Below, piece after piece: positions 1 to 8,340 of a stretch of DNA of 38,443 nt. Within the stretch, counting starts at the first letter, position 1, and each line of letters starts with the position of its first letter. This DNA is from Candidatus Woesearchaeota archaeon CG11_big_fil_rev_8_21_14_0_20_43_8. Lineage in GTDB: Archaea; Nanobdellota; Nanobdellia; Woesearchaeales; CG08-08-20-14. Under the pieces are notes generated by a model. That model worked only from the letters and a program-made list of their open reading frames with translations, searched no databases and was not told the DNA's origin. Location of the stretch: contig PCVE01000124.1 in NCBI GenBank assembly GCA_002762705.1, positions 1 through 38,443 on the forward strand, in the 5' to 3' direction. The position numbers were made by a program, and so were the translations under genes.

Positions 1-120
1 GAGTCTTGCGCCGCCATATAGTTATATTTGAGATTATTTGATTTATAAAGGCTTCGATTTAACTGGATGATTGTGCTTGGAAATATCAAAAAGAGCGCTT
101 GCATCTCTCTTGATCGAGCT

Positions 121-134
121 AAAATTTATATATC
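121..134 (+). promoter_or_regulatory. TATA-box-like element upstream of the adenosine deaminase gene
   Basis: aaaatttatatatc lies ~40 nt upstream of the ATG at 174. A GAGG sits ~7 nt before that ATG. Confidence 0.4.
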
Positions 135-173
135 TTCCCGATATCCAAGCAAGTATCTTCTTGAGGAAAAATC

Positions 174-1205
174 ATGCCAAAAAAACAAGTATCATTAAAA
201 CCATTCAGAAACATCAGAAAATGTGAACTCCATGCGCATATAGATGGTTCCATACGACCGCAGACAATGGTGGATATCGCAAAGAAAGAAGATATCAGAT
301 TGCCGACAGATGATTCGTTGGAATTAGATCCAGACACCTTGCATGGGCTTATAAAATTCAGGATCGGGATGGATCTTAAGACGTGTCTAGAATCTTTCAA
401 AGTCACACTGAAAGTCATGCAATCATATGAATCTATCAGGCGAATAACTATGGAACTCTGTGAAGACCTGGCAAAAGACAATGTCACAGATGCAGAGCTC
501 CGCTATTGTCCGACATTGCATATACAGAATGGACTCAAACTTGATGATGTCGTGAAAGCGACTCTTGAAGGGATCGAAGAAGGAAAGAAGTTCGGCATCG
601 ATGCAAGACTTATATTCTGCGCTATACGTGATTTCCCTGTAGCTGAGAACATGAAGCTAGTCAGGCTCGCGGGAAAATATCAGGGCCGTGTCGTCGGCAT
701 CGATCTTGCAGGCAATGAATATGATCATCCGCCAGAAGAACATAAAAAGGTCTTTGATCTTGCGAATGATATGAAACTTTATATCACTGCGCATGGTGGC
801 GAGATGAAGAAACTGTTCAATAAAACAAAACAGAAAGCCATTATCGAGCAAGGGATCAAGAATATGTACACGCTCATGAGAGAATGCCATGTCGACAGGG
901 TAGGTCATGGTGTCTCTATGATGTATGATAAAAATTGCATGAGAGAGTTCAAGGACCGCGGTCTCACTCTCGAAGTCTCATTCACAAGCAACAGACAGAC
1001 CGGCGCCATCACAAGATACGAACAACATCCGGTCGAGAGATTCTTCAGATTTGGTATAAAGACAGTCATGTGCTCTGATGATCTTATGCTCTGCGACACT
1101 GATCTATCCAAGGAGATGAGAAAAGCATGCGAGCATTCAGATCTTTCTATAAATGACATGGAGAAGATGACTAAGTATGCGCATGACGCCAGGTTCATCT
1201 ATTGA
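174..1205 (+). CDS. add: adenosine deaminase (adenosine/AMP deaminase superfamily)
   Basis: 343-aa ORF. CELHAHIDGSIRP (HxHxDG metal site), ITAHGGE, DRVGHG and CSDD motifs occur in the order typical of adenosine deaminases. Confidence 0.9.
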   Translation: MPKKQVSLKPFRNIRKCELHAHIDGSIRPQTMVDIAKKEDIRLPTDDSLELDPDTLHGLIKFRIGMDLKTCLESFKVTLKVMQSYESIRRITMELCEDLAKDNVTDAELRYCPTLHIQNGLKLDDVVKATLEGIEEGKKFGIDARLIFCAIRDFPVAENMKLVRLAGKYQGRVVGIDLAGNEYDHPPEEHKKVFDLANDMKLYITAHGGEMKKLFNKTKQKAIIEQGIKNMYTLMRECHVDRVGHGVSMMYDKNCMREFKDRGLTLEVSFTSNRQTGAITRYEQHPVERFFRFGIKTVMCSDDLMLCDTDLSKEMRKACEHSDLSINDMEKMTKYAHDARFIY

Positions 1206-1218
1206 TCTATTTGTGGAT

Positions 1219-2220
1219 TCAGAACAACATAGTCAGAAGATATCCAACAATACATCCAGCAGTGAGAAATGGCATCGCTGGATAGAACCTATCCTGCTTT
1301 CCGAATGTCAGCAACAGGAAAAGTGCTGCCGCGACACACAGAGGGATCAGCATGACGACAAAGAAATGTGGGAACGGAGCGCTGTTGAGCACGACACCTG
1401 CAAAGAACATCGGAAACCCGATGTCGCCACCGCCAAGTATGGCTGTACGCTCTGTCCTTGTCTCGACTATCTCACGCTTTGGTGCCGGAACTTTCTTTTT
1501 GCCTTTCTTGACAGCCCTGATCTTCATTGTTGCGGCTGGTTTTGTCACAGATACTTTGCTATATGGTATGGTCAGGCCCGCGAATACCTTTGAATCACGC
1601 TGGAACGTCGCAAGCTTCACCATATGCTTGCTCCACCAGACTGCGACCATGTCATATGCAGATATCACCACAAGAAGTATGAATGCAGACTTGAGGTCGA
1701 TTATCGGGACGAATATCGCGGATAGTCCGCCGTATATGAAAATCTCAGTTATATTGCTCATATAGACGCTTGGCCGGAATATCTTGAATGCAGCCAATAT
1801 GCCGGCGATGAGCAACACAAAAAGATCTGTCCCCCTGAATCCCAGGACCAATTTAAGCGACATGACTGGAAGGAGCCATGTGACAAATCTTCCGATAAAT
1901 GGCTTCAATGCTATAGTGAGACATAATAATACACTTAGGAAGAACCATGTCTTCCAGACCCTTATGCTACGAAAACGTATCAACACAAGAGCCAGGACTG
2001 TGCCTACGATGACTGCGCCGATGATATAGATATATGATTTGCTCGCGTCTATCTGCGGCCGTTCGATGTTCATAGGAAGCTCTTTGTAAAGTGTCTTCTC
2101 GACGCCGTCATCACCGACGACTCTTTTGTCGACGTATTGACTTATTATGGCAAGACCCATGATCTGGGATATCAGAAATACGACGACCAGTATCAATGTC
2201 ACTTTCAGATTATGCTTCAT
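1219..2220 (-). CDS. presenilin / signal-peptide-peptidase-like GxGD intramembrane aspartyl protease
   Basis: Multi-pass membrane ORF with SAYDMVAV (YD), LGGGDIGFP (GxGD) and YPAMPFL (PAL-like) motifs in the canonical order. The track start at 2271 is TTG. The first ATG (MKHNLKV...) is at 2220, with TATA-like catataaaaa ~25-30 nt upstream. Confidence 0.75.
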   Translation of the reverse strand: MKHNLKVTLILVVVFLISQIMGLAIISQYVDKRVVGDDGVEKTLYKELPMNIERPQIDASKSYIYIIGAVIVGTVLALVLIRFRSIRVWKTWFFLSVLLCLTIALKPFIGRFVTWLLPVMSLKLVLGFRGTDLFVLLIAGILAAFKIFRPSVYMSNITEIFIYGGLSAIFVPIIDLKSAFILLVVISAYDMVAVWWSKHMVKLATFQRDSKVFAGLTIPYSKVSVTKPAATMKIRAVKKGKKKVPAPKREIVETRTERTAILGGGDIGFPMFFAGVVLNSAPFPHFFVVMLIPLCVAAALFLLLTFGKQDRFYPAMPFLTAGCIVGYLLTMLF

Positions 2221-2263
2221 TGATAGACTTCGGTGCTTGTGGTTTTTATATGTTTGCACAAAT

Positions 2264-5200
2264 CTAGCCAAGTCTCAGCTTCGCTGTCAGGTCGTTGAAG
2301 ACCCTGAAGATGCCATCAGGTGTCGCGAGATTGTTGTCATCTCTTGAGATGATCATATATTCATTCGCACTGACAAGCGATGTCCTTTTCGTGTTGTAGC
2401 AGCACCCATATTCTGGGAAATTCATGCCACATTCTTCAGCAGGCACAGTCTCTTTGACATTCTTTATGTAAGAACATAGATTTGAAGCGAAACCGCTATA
2501 TCTGATGCCGGCGAAATACCGCACATGTTTTGTGGAAGATGGCGTAGCCAATGGATCTGGTATCGTTGTAGTTCCCGTTGGGGTATCTTCGACGGCGTAT
2601 CCATCAATGATGCCAAACACGCTTTTTGTTCCCCAGACTGAATAATACAAGTTGTCATAATGCTTCAGGTCAGTTGTGAACTTATAATATTTGCTTCCAT
2701 CATAGCCTTTTGATGTGTCTTTGTATGTGTTCGCAAGAGATTTCAAGCTGTCGAATCTGTCCGTCAATCCTTTTCCAAGAATTCCATCGTTGATCCCTTT
2801 GCCAGGACTGGAAGATGAAAAAGCAGTAAGCGTGTTGATGCTCGTACCAAGTGAATAACCCGTCTCATCAGGCATGATGATAGTCGTGTTCGTGCTATCA
2901 TCGAAATAGATCTTGAGTTCACCATTCGAACAGAGATCATAATCATGATCATTGTTCATCTGATTGTTGCAGATAGTCATTTTCTCGCCGAGTGTCGCGA
3001 GAAGACCGCCGTTCAATACATTGTCATCAATCTTAGCATTGAGCGATGTGCCAAGAACAGTCTTGAACTGGTTGTTCTCATAGTATTCAAGCACGCAGAC
3101 ATTGTTTATCTCTTTGCATGTGTCTTCCTGACTTGAACAATCCAATGCTTCTGCGACAGTCTTCATGGAATTGTATGATTTATATTCGAGGAAGTTCAGC
3201 GCATCCCTTGGCTCTGCGCAGAAAACTGAATAATAGTTGCTTGTGCCTTTTATCTTCATGAGTTGAGCGAGAACCACAGCTGTCCTTGTCGTCCAGGCGC
3301 CATTGACGCAGTATGCGTCGTCTTCATAGTCACCATCATGGACGCATTCTTTCGATACGCTTGAATAACAATCAGTGTCTTTCTCGCAGTAGTTGGTATC
3401 GATGCCGTCAAAACTCGATTTAAGTTTCTTCTCGACCCACTGGCCGTTCGAGCATGCCATCTTCTCTGACACATCTGAATAATCCTTGCTGCTGACGCAT
3501 GTCGCACCGTCCCAGCATTCGTCGGATGGACAGCAGCCGATCGGGGCGGTCGTATCGCCAAAGAATGTGCTAGTTGTCACTTTAGAGATATCGGTGACAA
3601 GATCCACGTTATAGAGCGCGACATCATCGATCTCGCAACCGCCGATACCATTCGAGATGGCTTTGCTTGAAGAGATGATTATCCGCACTTGTTTATTTTG
3701 ATTGATTGTTCCTGATGTCTTGAAGACCTGCCTGCCGTTTGTGCTATCATAAGATTGCGTGCCTGGGATGTTTGCGCCGGCCATGTCGATCAGGCTTATG
3801 CTTACTGAGTTCTGCTGGCAGCCAGTCTTGACGCTGGCTTCATAGTTTGCGCTAACAGGTATCGCGACTGGATCTCCGACAATGGCTGCATTGTCTGAGA
3901 GTGTGATTGAATTCGATAACTGATCATTCACTTTTATCCCGCCGACAATGGTCTTATAAGATGTTCCCGGGATAGTCCTTGAGTTTGCAACACGCCATCC
4001 GGGAAGCACACGATCGGTGACATAGATACGATATTTGCAAGATTCACCGAATGGATAACTATTTGTATAATACATCTGCCAGTTGAATTCAGATATGATT
4101 GGAGTAATCGGTGCAGTCACTGTGAATGAAGGTTTGAGATCTGAACCCGCACCGACACTCTTGTCTTTCGCAAGGATAGCATCTGGACCTGTTGGAGAGA
4201 CGACAAGATCAGCGTCGCTCTGTGGCGTGATCTTCCAACCATCTGTTTTATGTTTCGCTGCGCTAAGCAAATAAAGACCCAGTTTATCATCGCCGACCCA
4301 ATCCTGGGCTGTTGAAGGATTCTTGATGGTGAGATCTACACTACCAACTTCGCCGACGAACATCTCGACAGGAGCGTCCCAGTTGCTGCAGACAGCGTCA
4401 TAATTAAGAGAACGCACATCGAATTTATTCAGAGTAGATGACAGCCATAACACACCATTGTTTGACAACGGGATCTTTGAGATCGGAAGATTTGAATTTA
4501 TTCCAGCAAGAACAAGAACTGGGCTGCCTGTTGCGAAAAAATCGATAACATCAAAGTTGAGATCAGTATATCCGCCGAGATATACTTCCAGCTGGTCATT
4601 CTTGTTGCCATCAGTCATCAATGCATTCATCGAAACAGAATATATATGCCAGGAATAATCACTTTTTATCTCGTCTTCTCCTTCAACACAGAATTCTTGA
4701 TAAGAATCACATATATCTTTGACGACATCGCCAGAATTCTCACCACCAAGCTCTTTGTCTGATGAATCGCTCGGTGCATTGAATTTGCTGATGCTGTTCA
4801 AAGTGACTTTGGTATCATCTGTGAGAACTGCGATATTGAGCTTGACAAGATCACTTTCAAGTATTCTATCTGCTGTCGGCTGCATGTCAGATTTGTATTC
4901 GACAGCCCTGATAGATAAAGGCACATTGAACGAATCTTTGTTGAATGTATCGATTGTGCCAACACCACTTGGTATCTTGGTCTCGATGCGGTTCACAGTG
5001 ATGTATGTATCGGTTGATGCATACCATTTAGGCTGCTTCCATCCTTTTGCTGGGACAGGAACAAGCTTGCTCACATCAATATAATTCTTCAGCTGCAGAT
5101 TCAAGTGAGTCTCTGACTTGTATTTATCATCTGAACTGAATTCAAGCGGTCTTGCAATGAAAGGTACAGCAAGACCTGTAGAATCGCACATGAGGTTCAT

Positions 5201-5632
5201 GTAAACTATTGAATCGAGTGGAGTGCTGCTAGAGATGCCTTCAACTTCTTCAGCGATCTCAGCGATAGTAAATGTCCTATAGCACCGATATAATTCTTTT
5301 CCATTGGATGTATATGGCTCGCAGGTCGCGCCATTAGTTCCGCTGATCCCTGCCCATCCTAATTCAGAACCATCAAAACCGATGGTGATATCTGATTTGA
5401 CAAAAGATGAATCCCAATAACCGCATGCATCACCTGTCATCTTTACATAGAACTCAAATTCGACTGGCTGCCCTTCTATGACTTTATCGAGGGGCTTTGC
5501 CCAGGCATCACCGCTAAAATCAATATTTGATGGTCCATCCACAAATTCGTCACCGCAATTAGACAATGTAAATATCGCAACAAGCATCAGGCATAGCAAC
5601 AAGATTTTTTTTTGAAATATATTCGTTTTCAT
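2264..5632 (-). CDS. large (1122 aa) secreted, lipoprotein-like Cys-rich surface protein of unknown function
   Basis: Long uninterrupted ORF. The track N-terminus (to 5812) overlaps the upstream gene. The internal ATG at 5632 gives MKTNIFQKKILLLCLMLVAIFTLSNC, a signal peptide ending in a lipobox-like Cys. The C-terminal third is Cys-rich (GCCPSDECWDGATC, EYGCCYN). A mid-region stretch (NWDAPVEMFVGEVGSVDLTIKNPS...) looks like an Ig/CARDB/NBR1-type beta-sandwich. Confidence 0.7.
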   Translation of the reverse strand: MKTNIFQKKILLLCLMLVAIFTLSNCGDEFVDGPSNIDFSGDAWAKPLDKVIEGQPVEFEFYVKMTGDACGYWDSSFVKSDITIGFDGSELGWAGISGTNGATCEPYTSNGKELYRCYRTFTIAEIAEEVEGISSSTPLDSIVYMNLMCDSTGLAVPFIARPLEFSSDDKYKSETHLNLQLKNYIDVSKLVPVPAKGWKQPKWYASTDTYITVNRIETKIPSGVGTIDTFNKDSFNVPLSIRAVEYKSDMQPTADRILESDLVKLNIAVLTDDTKVTLNSISKFNAPSDSSDKELGGENSGDVVKDICDSYQEFCVEGEDEIKSDYSWHIYSVSMNALMTDGNKNDQLEVYLGGYTDLNFDVIDFFATGSPVLVLAGINSNLPISKIPLSNNGVLWLSSTLNKFDVRSLNYDAVCSNWDAPVEMFVGEVGSVDLTIKNPSTAQDWVGDDKLGLYLLSAAKHKTDGWKITPQSDADLVVSPTGPDAILAKDKSVGAGSDLKPSFTVTAPITPIISEFNWQMYYTNSYPFGESCKYRIYVTDRVLPGWRVANSRTIPGTSYKTIVGGIKVNDQLSNSITLSDNAAIVGDPVAIPVSANYEASVKTGCQQNSVSISLIDMAGANIPGTQSYDSTNGRQVFKTSGTINQNKQVRIIISSSKAISNGIGGCEIDDVALYNVDLVTDISKVTTSTFFGDTTAPIGCCPSDECWDGATCVSSKDYSDVSEKMACSNGQWVEKKLKSSFDGIDTNYCEKDTDCYSSVSKECVHDGDYEDDAYCVNGAWTTRTAVVLAQLMKIKGTSNYYSVFCAEPRDALNFLEYKSYNSMKTVAEALDCSSQEDTCKEINNVCVLEYYENNQFKTVLGTSLNAKIDDNVLNGGLLATLGEKMTICNNQMNNDHDYDLCSNGELKIYFDDSTNTTIIMPDETGYSLGTSINTLTAFSSSSPGKGINDGILGKGLTDRFDSLKSLANTYKDTSKGYDGSKYYKFTTDLKHYDNLYYSVWGTKSVFGIIDGYAVEDTPTGTTTIPDPLATPSSTKHVRYFAGIRYSGFASNLCSYIKNVKETVPAEECGMNFPEYGCCYNTKRTSLVSANEYMIISRDDNNLATPDGIFRVFNDLTAKLRLG

Positions 5633-5642
5633 CGTGATCATC

Positions 5643-7415
5643 TCATTTAAGTTCGAATGTCGGGTTCGGCGCAAGGTTTGCAGATGATGGCGCATATGAC
5701 TTGGACAAAGAATAATCATCATTATATTCCAACCATCTTCCATCGAATGAGCAGTAATATTGATTGTCCAGATCAGACGATGCAGGCGCATCATATACGC
5801 TTTCTGTGACAACAGTGCACATGGAATTAGGTGTCACAAGATCAGCCCCATAATCATCACGGATACCAGTGCCAGAAATTATCGGGATCCCAAAAGAATA
5901 TGATTTCTTAGGTGGAGCGTTTTTGATGACTGTTGATGTGAGTCCAAGATTGACGCTTGTGTCCTTCAGATACCCTGCACCAGAACATCCTTGCACTTGT
6001 CCGCGTACAACAAGCCAATCAGATACTTGCATATCAAAGACAGCATTCTTGTCTACAGGATATGCGATTCCATCAAAACATGCTCCGCCGTCCGCATAAT
6101 GTTCTTTGTTGCTATTGATCGGCACACTATATTTATCATTATATGTCATGTCACCAAAGCAGCAATTGCTCCCCGTCCATTTGAACGTGCTTCCGCCTGA
6201 TCCGCTAGCACCAGAAAGCTTATTCACACCTAATTGGTTGCAAGTAGTATAATATTTACTATTTGTCCTAAGTGTGTTCTCACTGATCCATTCATATTCA
6301 TCCTTACCTTCCACTTTAGCGCAGAAATACATATCACCATCACAATTTGTGAATTCGCCATCATCATAATTCAAACCACCGAGGCTTCCATCATTGTTTG
6401 GTCCTGGACCGCACTCTGCCCAGCGATTCATAGATGAGAATCTATCAGCGCCGTCTCCAAAGTAAAGATAAGAATAAGATTTAGTGCTTGACGAATATTT
6501 TTTTACTGTGCATTTGTTCGGCCTCACATACCAATTGCTGCCATCAGACAACATTTCAACTCCAAGGATATTGATAATCTCACCACCATAATCCTTTGCG
6601 TCCAGCCAACCGGTTCCTGCATCGTTTTCTTCATCCAGATTGCATATTGATTGGAATGCAAGCGGAGATGTAGAGATGAGATTGTTTGTCCTTGCCATCT
6701 GGCCTGATGCTTGATATGAAAACGGAGTATAATATCCGCTTTGATCATTTGAATTCATTGCCCATGATCCATGATCCGCAAGATCATCACCACAGCATTT
6801 CATAGTCGGATCCCAATCCCATGGAGATTTGCAATCTGCTTGACTCTTATCTCCATCAACCTGATTTTCATAGATGTCGTATGTGGCTTCTTTATTAGAA
6901 TTCTGGAATGGATTCGAACTTCCAGAAGAAGATTCATCCAACCATATCATCCCTGCTGCAGGGGTTTTTGATAAATAGCTTGCGACAGTACCACCATTGC
7001 CTGATACTATCGTCTTGAATGTGCTCTCTTCGATATAAAAAAGCCATTGCGGTGTTCCGCTTGAAGGGGGGATGTTCGGCAGTGCATTAGTAAAAGACAT
7101 AGTAGCTTTAGATAATGAAGGAACAGATAGTTTCATAGTCGCGACATAGCCGCTGATGACATTCATGCTGCTTGCACTATCTACCACAACAAGGTAAGTC
7201 TCATAGTTTTTATCGACTGCTGTTTTCATTGCATCTCTCATATCATATTCTAAGGAACCTGATGCAGCGTTGGAATCCTGGTTTGCATTGAACCATAAAG
7301 CGAAATTTACTCTTTCTGTCGAAGACATCATCGCAGCGCTCGCAAACGGGATAAGAAACATAAGAAGTATCATTGTGATTGGGATCATTCGTGATAAGAG
7401 TCCTGTTCTCTCCAT
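5643..7415 (-). CDS. secreted Cys-rich protein (590 aa) of unknown function
   Basis: ATG at 7415 is preceded by AAGAGGT. The N-terminal signal peptide is MERTGLLSRMIPITMILLMFLIPFASA. It carries vicinal-Cys motifs KCCGDDLADHG and NCCFGDM. The stop (5643-5645) lies 2-11 nt from the start of the next gene, so the two are probably co-transcribed. Confidence 0.7.
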   Translation of the reverse strand: MERTGLLSRMIPITMILLMFLIPFASAAMMSSTERVNFALWFNANQDSNAASGSLEYDMRDAMKTAVDKNYETYLVVVDSASSMNVISGYVATMKLSVPSLSKATMSFTNALPNIPPSSGTPQWLFYIEESTFKTIVSGNGGTVASYLSKTPAAGMIWLDESSSGSSNPFQNSNKEATYDIYENQVDGDKSQADCKSPWDWDPTMKCCGDDLADHGSWAMNSNDQSGYYTPFSYQASGQMARTNNLISTSPLAFQSICNLDEENDAGTGWLDAKDYGGEIINILGVEMLSDGSNWYVRPNKCTVKKYSSSTKSYSYLYFGDGADRFSSMNRWAECGPGPNNDGSLGGLNYDDGEFTNCDGDMYFCAKVEGKDEYEWISENTLRTNSKYYTTCNQLGVNKLSGASGSGGSTFKWTGSNCCFGDMTYNDKYSVPINSNKEHYADGGACFDGIAYPVDKNAVFDMQVSDWLVVRGQVQGCSGAGYLKDTSVNLGLTSTVIKNAPPKKSYSFGIPIISGTGIRDDYGADLVTPNSMCTVVTESVYDAPASSDLDNQYYCSFDGRWLEYNDDYSLSKSYAPSSANLAPNPTFELK

Positions 7416-7528
7416 TTTGTACCTCTTTTATTATATTAGTATAGGAATTCATTCTCATTACGTATATAAAAAGTTATCGGACCAAAAAGGTTAAATACGG
7501 ATTATGCAAATAATATTCATTGGATAAC

Positions 7529-8326
7529 ATGGGAGACCCAAAAACAGCATTACTTGCTTATATCAAGAAAGAGGAAAACAAAGGATTTGACGAGGCGAAG
7601 ATAAGAAAGACACTTGTCAACGCTGGCTATCCAGATAGTCTTGTCAATGAAGTCTATGACGATTACAATCATTCTAAGACTGCTCAGGTTGAAGTCAAGC
7701 AGCCTAAACCTGAGATCAAAGCTCCTGAGAACCACGCCCATATGGCAAAATGGTTCTGGGCGCTGATCGTGATTATCCTTATATTTGCCTGCGCTGCTGG
7801 CTTCTTATATTATCAATACTATTATAATGCGACTCCAACACAAGAGACTACGACAGATATCTCTGTCCAGGCCGCTGTCGTGCAGGAGACACTCAGCCTC
7901 GAAGACAAGAAGAATTTCTGCAGGGGCGTCAGTGCGACAAGCATCGAGACATGTGAGAAAGTCACAGATGAAGATGCTATGGCTGAATGCCTGTATTATG
8001 TGACGCTTTTCAAGATATTCGACGGAAGCCCCAGCATAACCTGTTATTCGAACGCATATCCAGCGTACAAATCCATATGCTTGTTGACAAAAAGAGGCGA
8101 GACAGAATACTGTGGAAGGCACTGTGAGACTGTCGCCGCGAATATCAACAAGGATTCTTCGCGATGCCCGATAGATGCAGAGAACTGCGATGGTGCGCTT
8201 GTTATCTGGAACTCGAAAGCAGGCACGATACAGAACGGCTGCAGTGCTCTGGAAGGCGAACACAGGATCGCGGCGTGCAAAGCGCTATCTACACAGAACA
8301 GAAATGTATGTGAAGAATTGGAATGA
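7529..8326 (+). CDS. single-pass membrane protein with a Cys-rich extracytoplasmic domain
   Basis: The track start at 7520 is TTG; the first ATG is at 7529. The layout is a soluble N-terminal ~85 aa, then a TM helix WFWALIVIILIFACAAGFLYY, then a ~150-aa domain with about 14 Cys. No family was recognised. Confidence 0.6.
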   Translation: MGDPKTALLAYIKKEENKGFDEAKIRKTLVNAGYPDSLVNEVYDDYNHSKTAQVEVKQPKPEIKAPENHAHMAKWFWALIVIILIFACAAGFLYYQYYYNATPTQETTTDISVQAAVVQETLSLEDKKNFCRGVSATSIETCEKVTDEDAMAECLYYVTLFKIFDGSPSITCYSNAYPAYKSICLLTKRGETEYCGRHCETVAANINKDSSRCPIDAENCDGALVIWNSKAGTIQNGCSALEGEHRIAACKALSTQNRNVCEELE

Positions 8327-8340
8327 ATTCTTTATGAAGG

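Noticed and set aside
1177-2029. Plus-strand ORFs (1177-1593, 1352-1765 and 1784-2029) opposite the presenilin-like gene.
   Set aside because: They are antisense to a membrane protein with all three catalytic motifs, and they have no motifs or translation signals of their own.
5633-5812. The extended N-terminus of the 1182-aa track ORF. Similar 5' extensions occur at 14761-14871 (FEN1), 37235-37297 (RecJ-like) and 2221-2271 (presenilin-like).
   Set aside because: The extensions overlap neighbouring genes or promoters and start at TTG or weak codons. Internal ATGs give canonical N-termini: a signal peptide, the MGV... start of FEN1, or Shine-Dalgarno/TATA support.
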